From: Vicugna vicugna
Lineage: Eukaryota
Assembly (NCBI GenBank): GCA_013265495.1
Contig: MU058384.1
Coordinates: 64,044-122,105, forward strand
Direction of reading: 5' to 3'
DNA: 58,062 nt
The notes beneath the pieces were generated by a model. It was not told the DNA's origin. It ran no database searches and saw only the letters and a list, made by a program, of their open reading frames with translations. Every line of letters begins with the position of its first letter. Within the stretch, counting starts at the first letter, position 1. Both the position numbers and the translations under genes were made by a program. This document shows, one piece after another, positions 12,763 through 24,400 of this stretch.

Positions 12763-14160
12763 TCTAGGAAATAACCTCTTTGAAGTTCTCAATTTAATCC
12801 ATGAAGCACGAAAACAATTGATTTGACTAATAGGTGAATTGTTATTCTCAACGAATTTCTAATGAGTAATTCAGAACAGGATTGTGTCTATTCATAGTAA
12901 CTACATAGCTGTTACTAAGTTAATCTTCACCTCCTGTGGTGTCCTATCATTTTTATTCACTTATTCTTAGAAACTCTCTAAATTTGTAGGGAAAAAAAAC
13001 ACAAGCAAATAGGAAACACATTTCCAGAGAGAATGGGGACACACAGGATACCAGTCATTGGGTCCTACTTTGTGAACCCACAGCAACTGAACTCTGGATT
13101 CACATCTACATGAGAACTTAAATCATATAATATGGATTTTTGACCAGTCGATTGGTGTAAAACAAAGCATATTTTTAACATGAGTCCTTTTAGCTAACCC
13201 CTGGATATTTCTTAAATGTCCATATCCATAATATCCCGTATGTCATTTCCAGTGCAATTTTTATTTAGGATGAAGTGAGAACTTAAAGAGAGTTGCAAAG
13301 CAGTCATTTGTAGAATTTTTCTCTAATTTAAATTTCACCCCAATTATTTTTACATTTGTCTTAACTTGAGTGCATTTTTAAACTGTTCTAACGCTGACAG
13401 GATGGGGCATTATGGAGTCTCAATCATTCAATTTAGTTTTCCCGAAACTACTAGCCTTTTTCTACTTATATTTAATCAACTTACATCATATTTAGTGAAA
13501 TCATGTAGTCTCAATAACAACTTGACATAAAGAGATGGTACTAGTTAAAACAGAAGAGCAAGGATTTATGGGAGAGAAAACAAGATGAGTTCAGTGTCTC
13601 ATGGGCTGCCTAGTTGGTGTTCAATGGGGAAATGCGTAGGATGAGTTTTTCTGGAAAAACCAATGAATGGATGTCACCTAAGAGAAGATATACTATCTAA
13701 ATTCAGAGTAAAATAAGCGTATCCTTTCATATATCTCCTGACTGAATATGAAATCTTAACCAAAATTTTGTGTGAAGTTTTAACATGGGATTTGGCTATC
13801 ATCCTGTTTAATAATAACTATTACTTTAGATATGAAATATCTGGAAACTTGGTATACAGATTGTTCAAAGTGTACTCAAGAGAGAAAAGAAGATAAATGG
13901 ACAAGTAACTAAAACATGGCTAGTCTTTTCAAGTTGCTAGAATGCTTCAACGCTCAGTTTTATTGTTGTTCACTTTTACTTCCATTTCTGTTTTGTCTTT
14001 CCCTGTCGTTACGTCTGGTAGACTATGCCTGGGATTTCCTATGTAATATGCAAGAAAAAATGTACATAAAATTTTCATTTCTTTTCTGATTGATACAGTT
14101 TTCCCTATTATGCCTTATCATCTCACCATAAGAAAAGTTTAAGATACAGGACATTTTTAC

Positions 14161-14291
14161 TACATTTTTTTTGGTGGGAAGTAGGGGAAGGTGATTTGGT
14201 TTCTTTATTTCTTTATTTATTCTTAGAGGAGGTATTGGGGATTGAACCCAGGACCTCATGTGCTGTACCACTTGTGCTATACCCTCCTCCA
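14161..14291 (-). mobile_element. Camelid tRNA-derived SINE (Vic-1 family)
   Basis: Minus strand: GGAGGGTATAGCACAAGTGGTA (A box)...GAGGTCCTGGGTTCAATCCCC (B box)...AATAAATAAA and an A tail; flanking direct repeat ATACAGGACATTTTTAC at 14144-14160 and 14292-14308. Confidence 0.9.
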
Positions 14292-14924
14292 ATACAGGAC
14301 ATTTTTACATCCTACTGATATGCCACTTCGATAAACTTAACTAAAAAGATGAAAAAATAATCAATATTTTTAGATTTATTTTAGTATTTTATTTTAGTAT
14401 TATTTATTAACTGTATATAATTACTTTTCTGTTCACAATACTACACACGTAAGATTGATGACAGTAACAATGTTAATGCTTTTAACATGGTAAACTTGTT
14501 ATAGGTAGAGATTTTGAAGGCCCCGTGTTTTTGTGTTAGAAGGTAAAAAGAAGATAAAATATGGTAACTACAGAGTATTTTGAAAGACATGTTCTAATGT
14601 TATAAGTTAATTCAAAAGGGTAACACAAAGGCAGTAGGATAACGAAACAGATATTTTGAATATCAGAATATACAATTCAAGATTAAAAGGCATTCTATCA
14701 GATGGTTTTGAGGAAAATCTTACAGTAAATATTAGAATTCTAGAGGACAGAAAAGAAAATGGTAAAAGAAAAGTAGTTTAGATTTGAAATGTTAGTATGC
14801 CCAAGGGCGTACATGAGCTACTTATTACATATGCATATTTCTTGTTTCTGATAGATTTTATAATTCAGTTGGTCCATGGTGGTATCTAGAGATCTACACA
14901 CTATTAACACTAGAATGTTAGATA

Positions 14925-15056
14925 CATAGAATGTAATCTCTATGAGGAGGGAAAAAAAAGATGTGAACTATTTTTTCACTGATATACCATCAAAACCTAG
15001 AACAGTTTGGCATATAGTATTAGTTCAATACATATTTATTGAATAAATGAATAAAT
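14925..15056 (+). mobile_element. L2 3' end
   Basis: AGAATGTAATCTCTATGAGG...TTTTTCACTGATATACC...CCTAGAACAG...TCAATACATATTTATTGAATAAATGAATAAAT. Confidence 0.75.
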
Positions 15057-15361
15057 ACCTAAGATAATGCTAGTATAGACTGACACCAAATTTGAAAAAT
15101 ACTCTTATCTTAGGCAGCTAATTAAAATATCAACTTTGGCATTAAGAACTAGCCAGTAATTCAGAATAGCAAATGCAGTGTCTAGGGTTTTGTCTACTCA
15201 GCCTCCCTTCCGTGGAGAGACAGTTAGTCTCCCATTCCTTAATGAGCTTGCTCAGTCAGTGTGCTTTTGAAATGAGTGATACACCCTCTTTTTTCCCCTG
15301 GTTTTCAGTGGGACAGTTGGGGTCCAGACTTTCACCTGGACACAGACAAAAATATAAAATA

Positions 15362-15397
15362 AACACACACACACACACAGACATACACACACACACA
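15362..15397. repeat. Imperfect (CA)n microsatellite
   Basis: Direct reading. Confidence 0.95.
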
Positions 15398-15512
15398 AGG
15401 AAGGGAAGTCCAAACATAGGAAGCACAAGTAGGTAGAAATGAGAAGGAAAGAGAGAGAAAATACAAAACAAAACAAAGTAAAAGCTTTCTAAAAATGAAT
15501 CTGCAAATGAAA

Positions 15513-15515
<3 letters not shown>

Positions 15516-15568
<53 letters not shown>

Positions 15569-15614
15569 GATATATCTANNNNNNNNNNNNNNNNNNNNNN
15601 NNNNNNNNNNNNNN

Positions 15615-15655
<41 letters not shown>
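15516..15655. repeat. (TA)n microsatellite spanning an assembly gap (N at 15579-15614)
   Basis: Direct reading. Confidence 0.97.
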
Positions 15656-15656
<1 letters not shown>

Positions 15657-18070
15657 CCATTCGAAGATATCTCAAGCTAAAAGAGCCAAGAAACTCAACA
15701 ATTGCAAAATGATATCCAGATGCAATATTGTTTAGTGCAACCTGACAAGGATTAATATGTATTTGGGTCTATATAGAGGACTGAACCCACATGTCTATTT
15801 AGGTTCCATCTCAAATCCCCACATAAGCTAGAGTCAATGGGGGTTTTAAGGTATAAAATCATATAGATGGTAATAACCTTCGAATCAGAATCCAGACTCC
15901 GGAAGATAACAAAGCTTTGCCTTTAGAACATTATCTTAAGCTTCTTTCTATTCCAGATAAGACCAAAAAATAGTTGCTGAAACAATCTTCAAGTTTCAAG
16001 CAATCACTAAGTGTAGGAAATATACTATCTAGGAGGTCAGTAAAATATACTAGGTCAATCTCTGACCTCTGCTCAGCTAAACAGAATAGAACAGAACTCT
16101 CTCAAACAAATGTGGCACAAAGAAAAATCCCAGTAAAAATAATATAGTTTAGATATATTCTTGCTGGAAAAAGTCTTCTTGCCTAAAGTTAAGCCTAAAG
16201 TCGTCTTTTTATTCTATCGAATATCTGCTTATAATCTCCCAAGGCTATGCTAAATTGCAATACCATAGAGTGAATCCTGATTATAATGGGTAAGTGTGAG
16301 TGTTTATTATGATTTTTCCATTTATCCCTGTTGCATAGTAAAGTGGCCAATGATTCTTTTTCAAACATTTCCCACTTTAGACAACAACAAAGTATTGTCA
16401 CTTTTGTAACAAAAACAGCTCACATATATGATTACTAATTTCTTCCCTATGTGAAGTGATGATGTCTTCATATTTGGTTTTTCTTTCAGAATTGTTCTGA
16501 CAGGAGTGTCCCTTCAAGATCACTCTAAAATCATTCCAAAATAAGAGAGTCATGTTAAAAATCTGAATCACATTCTCCCAGAAGTTACAGATTGTATGGC
16601 ATATTTTCTATTTTTGAAACAGAGCAGCCGGCTCAGTATACGTGTATTTTGCTGCTGGCGAACAGTCTTCCTTTTAACAAAATTAGGAATATGAGATGTT
16701 AAGAGTTTTTTAAATAAAATATATGAAAAAAATAAGTCCACACCCATAAAAGGATCAGTGGTAGGCTGAGAGATACTTCCACAGTAATCTGACTCAGAAA
16801 GGATACTGTGGGGGAAAAAGAGAGGTGTTAGGGGATTAGGCAGATATGGACCAGGTCTCTAAAGTATCAGTTCTCAGAATTGTTGAAGTCTACATTATTC
16901 ATATCTTAAGGTACACTCTGCATTTGCCACAGATGATTGTGACCAGCGTTGCAATATGAGATACTGAATAGAAGACAATCATGACACATTACGGGTAAAT
17001 ATGTGTGCCAAATTTATAATAAAATTTATCTTGTAAAGTAGTTCTGAAGCAGTGCACAGAATGCACCTTGCACAGTTCCTTGAATGTGGTTTGTGCTCCC
17101 TCCTCGATAAATGTTCATACCCTCTTCCTAAAGGTCCAAATAAAACTGAAAGGGGTGAAACAACGATATCGAACAGCCAATATTTAATGTTACACGCTTT
17201 GTATCTGGGTGTTCAATGCCCACTGAAGACTTAGAATTATTCAGATGAGACACTTTCAAGGCCAGTTTGTAGTCTTTCAACAACCAGTGGGGAAATCTCA
17301 CCCAGAAAAGGGCCGAGGTAAGTGGAATGGACAGAGGCCTGCAAACAAGTCTGCTGTGGTCAGATTCAGATTCAGGGCAGTATTAATAAGAGAAGATATG
17401 TACAGACAGGTATCTTTAAAATCAATCTCATTGATGATAATGTGAAATGTATTTGAACATTAACACTGAAATTTTAAAATACACACTAACTTTTGGATTT
17501 AGGAGCAAAGTTACATTGAATGACAGTTTTTTTGCTTTTGTTTTTGGATTAAAATGTCCATCTATTTAACCAGCCTGAGCATCAGATTTTTAGACCCTTT
17601 TCTCCTAAAGCTCAAGTATACAATCAATCACTTCCTCTTTGGCATCAACATTATGCCCTGTTGATATTTTAGTATAACTCCTATCACATTCCAAATTGAT
17701 TGTTTCTACATTTTTTCTCCCTTAATATGCTGTGGGTCTATTTTGATCATCTTTGGATCCTTAGTACATAGGCCCATACAGTAAAAAATCAAAATGTCTT
17801 TAAAAATGACCAAAATCATGTATCAAAGACAAATGATATTTCCAATTTTGTTTTCCATAACTGGTTCTTTAGTAAAACAATTCCAGTATCTGGCACTCAG
17901 CTCTTCAGGGATTAGATGAATTAAGATGTACATTTGTTATACCTATCAATTTGAGATTAGCTGTCTTAAATAAAAATATTGCTTCTAAATCAATTAACAG
18001 GTGTAAGATTTCTCCCTGTTGAGACAGGTTTAGAAAAAAGAACCCATAACTTGGATCTAAAAGCTGCTTT

Positions 18071-18206
18071 GTGGTAGAGTGCATGCCCAGCATGCGTGAG
18101 CTCCTGGGTTCAATCCCCAGTACCTCCATTAAAAATAAATAAATGAATAAATAAACCTAATTACCCCCAACAACAACAACAACAACAACAGAAACCTTAT
18201 TTTTTT
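18071..18206 (+). mobile_element. Camelid Vic-1-type SINE, slightly 5'-truncated, with (CAA)n tail
   Basis: GTGGTAGAGTGCATGCCCAGCATGCGTGAGCTCCTGGGTTCAATCCCCAGTACCTCC...; TSD AAAAGCTGCTTT at 18059-18070 and 18207-18218. Confidence 0.92.
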
Positions 18207-19049
18207 AAAAGCTGCTTTCAGTGCAAAAAAATAAATTATATAATTAATTCTTCCTAAATCTTCCTTTGATAATGATGTTTTAAAAATCTATTGGACTAGT
18301 TGTGTATACAATATTATCACTGTGATTTAAGTACCACCTCTATCTCTGTTTTATGGGACAGAGTAAATGAAATACATGGGTTAAGAAAAAGGCAACATGA
18401 TATAGCAGATGAATTGCTATGTTTGAGAACATATGGTCAGATTCTGCTATATGAGTTCGGTAAATTGCTTAAGTTTAATTATATTTCATGTCCTTATCTT
18501 AAGAAGTAGACTCAGCCTTAAGAAGAATGTTATGAGGGCTGAACAAAACTATATATAAAAGTTGTTTGGTACGTTGTTAGATTCTGAAATTTTTATTTAT
18601 TTTTTTCCCTAATCTACATTAAGCTTTAGCTTGTGATTGTAATAAGAAAATTAAACCCCTGTATTACTTTGTAATCATATATAAATATACATATATCTTA
18701 TGTGTCAGTATGGTACTTTTGCCTGGAGACTGTTTAAATGTTAAACCGTAAAAGCCAAGGTAAAGACAGAGAGCTGGGTCAAGTTCAGCTGACGGCAACA
18801 AACATAAACGGGAGTAGTTAAGAGCAATCCTGTTGTTAGTCTAATGTCCACTTCTTTTTTTCTATTAGACAAGGACTGTTATGCTGAAAAGTACTAAAAT
18901 TACTTCTGTATATGCAGCTTTTCCCTTTGGGGCCAAACACGCCATGCTTAAGAGCACCAGCATTATTTTCCAATAAATTACATACCTGTTCTCAGCTTTT
19001 TCAGTAAATCCAATTCCTTGAGGTAAAAATTACATACAGACGTGGATCA

Positions 19050-19930
19050 GTTTTAAGCATAGAATTCTGTTTTCTACTTCATTTACTTATGCTGCAACTT
19101 TTCATTCCCCTTCTCTACTTAACTATGGGATTAGTTTTCCTTTTCTTAATAGTTTCTTAAAGTGATAGCTTAGGTTATTAATAGTTTCTTACAGTGATAG
19201 CTTAGGTTATTAATTTTAGATATTTCTTGCTTTCTGATATATACATTTAACACCATAAGTTTTCTTCTACACTCTGCTTTAGTTGCATTCCACAAATTTT
19301 TTATATAAAGTATTTTTATTGCCATTTGACTGAAAGATGTTCTAATTTCTCCTGTGATTTCCTTTTTGGTTGAAAAGCAACTTAGCAGTTTGTATCGCTT
19401 ATTTACTAAGTATTTGCATATTTCTCTGATATTTTTCACTTATTGTTGTTCAATTGTTATGAAGATTAAGCATATTCCATATCATTTTAGTCATTTTATC
19501 CTTATCAAAGCTTGTTTAATTGTCCTGCATATAGTCTTTCTTCGTGAACTGCCTTGTATACTTGGGAAAAAATGTGTATTTTTCTATTGTTTATTGGACT
19601 GTTCTATAAATATCTATTAGGTCAAATTAGTTCATTCTATTATTCAATTATCCTATATTTTTATTGATTTTTTTTGGTCTACTCATTCTACATGATGCCA
19701 TCTTTCTATCAGAAAGGAGTGTTGACATCACCAACTATGACTGTGAATTTGTCTTTTTCTCCTTTTAGCTCTGTCAAGTTTTTACGGTTCACTGTTAAGA
19801 TGTTATCTATAGGCTTTGTTTTGTAGCTTGACTTTATCAGCTTGAAAAAAATTGTTTTCTGTTGTTAGTTTGATTAAGGTTTTTATCTTTGGTGGATGTT
19901 TGATTCTATTAAGTGACTTTTTAAATTCTA
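19050..19930 (-). mobile_element. Old L1 ORF2 fragment (endonuclease end and linker)
   Basis: ORF 19170..19439 contains KNLWNATKAECRRKLMVLNVYIRKQEISKINNLSYH, resembling L1 ORF2 [30 protein letters not shown]. Confidence 0.8.
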
Positions 19931-22099
19931 TTAAACGACTTTTGGAATACAAAAGTAGCACAAATGTACAGAGGCATTCCCATGATTCAGTAAGGTGATC
20001 AATGTTAAGTACCTAGGATAATGCCTAGTAATTAATATTAGTTATAATAAACATGGTAATTGCAGTGGTGGTGAATGATAATTGCTCTTGAGATCATCCA
20101 TTAATTTGATTTTTTTATATGTAGCCTTTGACATTTGCACAGAATGTTCTCAGGATGAATATCTCAATCTGAGGAAACAGCCCACCTTTGTGAATGACAA
20201 GCACCTTTTTTTTTATTTTGAAAGAAAAACACTTGAAACATGTCGTTATTAGAGGTTGTATTATATTATTTCATTACAAATAATAAAGGATTGTTTGCCA
20301 TGATTTTGCTCAGCCATCAGCATTCCATACCCACTCCCTTAACTGGTAGACTGTGCACATGCTTCACCAAATTATCTAAGCAGTCATCCCTTTTGTGAAC
20401 TTATTTGTAACTCTGATTCAGGCAAAGTTGATGCTTTGTTCTCTGTGCTCCCAAGACTACCTAGTTAATCAAACAAGACCACAGAAATCATGGAGCTTGC
20501 CAATAACAAAATTGTTAATGATTCAAAGGATTTGGGCAAACATTAGTCATAAGTGAAACATTCTTTCCTTTGAAGAGTGTAAAATGGTCATACACAGCTC
20601 TCTAGGATTATCCCTTCTGTTCTGCATTAGGGACGTTGTGGTTTTTGAATAACAGACAAGTTGAGAATTTGTATAATGTATGTGGAAATATTACTCTGTT
20701 GTTTCAGTGTTTTTACTCTCAACTACGTAGATAGAGGATCGTTTACATGACTAACCTCTTTTTTCAGCCTGTTCTACCCCATATATTCATATTGCAGACT
20801 AATTTACAATAAGAAATCTGGACAACTTGGTATCTCCTGCTCCAACCCTTCTGTTTATAGGAGCTCTGTTATCTATACTCTTACCTTATATGATTACAAC
20901 TCCTTTTGTGGGGTGGGGGGTAGGTTCAGGTCATTTATTTATTCATCTAGGCCTCCTTTGGACTTGCAAGTTATAGACTAACTTGCCATTAAGTCTCTTC
21001 TTCTTCCCAATTTGCAACATCGGGAGCATTGATTTTGGTGTTAGATAGTCTTGCATAAGATATGGACAATGATGACTTTAAGCAGCATAAAATTAACCCC
21101 TCTTGAGCTTCAGCTTCCTCATTAGTAAAGTAGATATATTTGCCTACCATAGACTCATTTTGTTAATCAAATATGAAGTAAATACACAATTTACCACTGC
21201 ATATTAATATAGCCCTGGTCACACTGAATTGCAGTTACTTATTTGCATATTTTTCTACCTTCTCCTTATCTTAGTAGTGAGTTTTACAAAGAGGAGAAAC
21301 ACAGCATATTTTTACCTTGTTAACCACTGGTGCAATGTCTGTTACAAAATAATCTATCTTAATGCCTAAATGGAAGACTTGTTTTGTTTCAAGCTTTAAA
21401 CTTTCAATTCAAAAAACTTCTATTATTGTGAAACTAATAGTTTTTTTCTTTGTAGTGTATTTTAAATTTGTCTTGTTCTGCTGCAAAGGTTTAAAATATT
21501 ACATGATGACAACTGTGGCTTTTTGTTGAATATGTATCCCAATGCTTTTTTAAAAAAAGATAGACTCCTTAGGTTGAAAATATAGATATGAATTTTTATC
21601 TTCTATAAGTGATCATTGATAAGTAATAATCAAATGTTTTAATGACAAGAGCTATATAAATGCATATTATTATAAGGAATCAATTGATAGTAAATAAATC
21701 TATTTTAATCTCCATCAGATATATTTAATAAAATGCAACAATTCCCTATTACATATTTAACATTTCCTGATTTTTAGTTGGCATTTTTTTTGGTTCACTA
21801 TTATATTTCTCAGGAATATATGACATTGAAACTTCAAAATCTTGGACAAAGCAGAACGATGTAGTAACTTCGAATTAGCCAGTATTTATCTGGTCTATTC
21901 TCCATCTTCCTATGCAAAAGTAAACTAAAAAAATCATAATTTTTTTAAAAGAAATGCATTGGAAGCCTGTTACCTTGTACATAGGGGATAAAAGAAGAAT
22001 CTTAAGACTTCCCTGGAAGTCCACAGCTAGTCCCACCCTGCCAAGGTGATTACTCTCCACAATGTCACTAGGGATCTATTAAGGAACACATGGAACATT

Positions 22100-23060
22100 T
22101 GCCTGTGTCTTTCTGACTTGACTTTTCCCCAGCTTTTGATGCAGTTTTTCAGTACACATGGAGCATGTGCTTATTTGGTCAGCTATGACTCTTTTTGGTC
22201 AGAAATGACTCTTTCATATTGCTTGGCATTTAAGTCACCATCTTATCGTAGATGTCTTCCCGTTCCTGTGATTGCTGATTTTCAGTGTTCTGGGATCTTT
22301 TTATTCCTCATAGGCTTTAAATATTTGAGTTTCCCAAAGTTCTGTTTTGGCCTATATCTCTTCCTGACATTCTCTTTTTGCAGTCTTATCCATGTCCATG
22401 GCTTCAATGACCACTTACATGCTGACAATACAAAAACATTTATTTATAGAGACTGTACCAGCCTCTGTCTGAGCTCACACACACACACAGAGACACACAC
22501 AGACACACACACAGACGCACACACACACACAGACGTGCGCACACACACACACACACACAGACAGAGATACCTACTGGTATTACCTAGTACATTTTTCCAT
22601 CAAATGAGTCACAATCATTCAAACTTATCAGATTTGAAACTCGATCTCATCATCTCCTCTACCAAAAAAGTCATTCCATCTCAATTTACTATCTTGATGG
22701 AAACTAGCTATTTGCCTAGGTACTCAGATCATAAACTTTCCCCCTCTTCCTGCAATCTAGCTCCAATAAATTACCAAATCCTTTTTATTCTATTTCTAGT
22801 TTCTGTGTGCATATCCATCACGGTTTCTAATACCTTCATGCTGACCCTTGTCATTAATTGTAAGGCATATCAATGTCTCCTCGCTGGCCTGCCTGTCTCC
22901 AGCCTCTTCTTTCTTCTCTGCAGTGCTGTTGGGTAGGTATTTCTAAAATGCAAATATACTTACGCTATTAGGTTTACATACATAGTTCAATGTCTCTTTT
23001 CACTTTTAGAATAAAAGTAATACCATTAATCATTTAAGTTATCCCTTGTCAATTGGGACT
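22100..23060 (+). mobile_element. L2 LINE fragment with degenerate RT motif, split by a (CA)n repeat
   Basis: HVHGFNDHLHADNTKTFI resembles L2 RT HSHGFNYHLYADDSQIYI; downstream TCTCCTCGCTGGCCTGCCTGTCTCCAG...TTTCTAAAATGCAAAT is typical of L2. Confidence 0.75.
22476..22566. repeat. Compound (CA)n/(GA) microsatellite
   Basis: Direct reading. Confidence 0.95.
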
Positions 23061-23261
23061 AGCTCTTTGAGCAGATATCCTGAAGTTGACAGTACATAGC
23101 TTGGTTGTCTGCCTTCGTGAAGCCCCTTGGGGTGGCTTAGAATAATTTCTCATTAGGACACTATATTGTCTTTTAACTTCATGATGCCATTTAAAGCAGA
23201 ATTCTAAACAATGAAAACTGAAATGAATTTATTTTTTAAAAATCAGAATTTTAATAATCTG

Positions 23262-24400
23262 AGAGGCAGCACAGAGTAACGGTACAAATATTAAGAAGTT
23301 GAAAACCAAATTTCCAGCTTACTACCTGAGTTACCTTGGGCAAGCTACTAAAACTCTTTATAAATCATTTTTCACTTCTATAGCGTGGGTATAACACAGT
23401 GAGCAAAATGATTCATGAAAGGAGTTTGCTAAAAGCAAATCCTTGAAAATACAATTTTATGAAGAGCCAAATTGTTCAAGTCAATTTAGGAAAAATCAAC
23501 CTTCAGAAATACAATACATAGAATGGACAATTTAACAGCTATAATAGGATTTTTTATCTATTTCTCTAAATTTTAAATGATTGAATGTCATTGTATATTT
23601 TTCAAATTTAAAGCATTTAGCATCATTCTTAATTTTTTATCAGAAATAGAACATACATAACAATTAAATTTGAATATTAAGATATTTGGGATAAATCAGA
23701 TCTTAAAATTTAAGCCTCTAGTACAAAGCTATTTGGATGTGACAACTAAAACCAGTTTGTAGGTAAAATAGTAATGAATGTAGGAAAAGAAAAGAATGAT
23801 AATATGAATGTAATTGTTTATATGTTTCATAATTAAACTTTGATACAATTTAATTATAAAAATAAAAATTTTTAAAGAATTTTAAAATTAATTAAATTCA
23901 TTAAAATAACAAAAATGAAAAATTAGCAAGACTAAAGGATATAGAGGATTAAAAATAACTATTGACTAAGAATTCCCATAAGAAATAATTATTTATTTTG
24001 AAATGATGAAATGTGATATTTATTATAAATAATATTATTAAATTTAATATTTTAGTATTCAAACACATCAATTATAATTATATTTCACATTCTTGCTAAT
24101 GTGATTATATCTCTGGTTAATTCTATTGAGGTTATTTTTGGTAAACTGATAAATGTTTTAGTTTGGTAAATATGGAAAATTGAGAATCTGCAAATTGATC
24201 TTTAGGTAATTGGATATTCAGTAACTTGGTCACTTGTTGAATTGAATATCAGAAGCTTTTATATTAGCACTATGTGATAATTTAAAACCATAAAAACATT
24301 TTCTAATTCATGGGGTCATGGTGAGAAAAAATGTGATTATGCATGTAAAATTTTGGCACATTGTAAGTTGATAGCTATTAGTAATCATTAATATAGATTT
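23262..24400 (+). mobile_element. MIR split into two parts (about 23262-23395 and 24290-24400) by a roughly 0.9 kb AT-rich insert
   Basis: Left part: CTTACTACCTGAGTTACCTTGGGCAAGCTACTAAAACTCT; right part: CATGGGGTCATGGTGAGAAAAAATGTGATTATGCATGTAAAA; these are collinear pieces of MIR. Confidence 0.6.

Noticed and set aside
14230..14291. tRNA-like A/B boxes (also at 18071-18125)
   Set aside because: TSDs and A-rich tails show these are SINEs, not tRNA genes
15173..15517. Cluster of four short ORFs
   Set aside because: Products of the CA/TG microsatellite
22046..22936. 296-aa ORF
   Set aside because: Chance open frame through an L2 remnant and a (CA)n repeat (THTH runs); GTG start; catalytic YADD decayed to HADN
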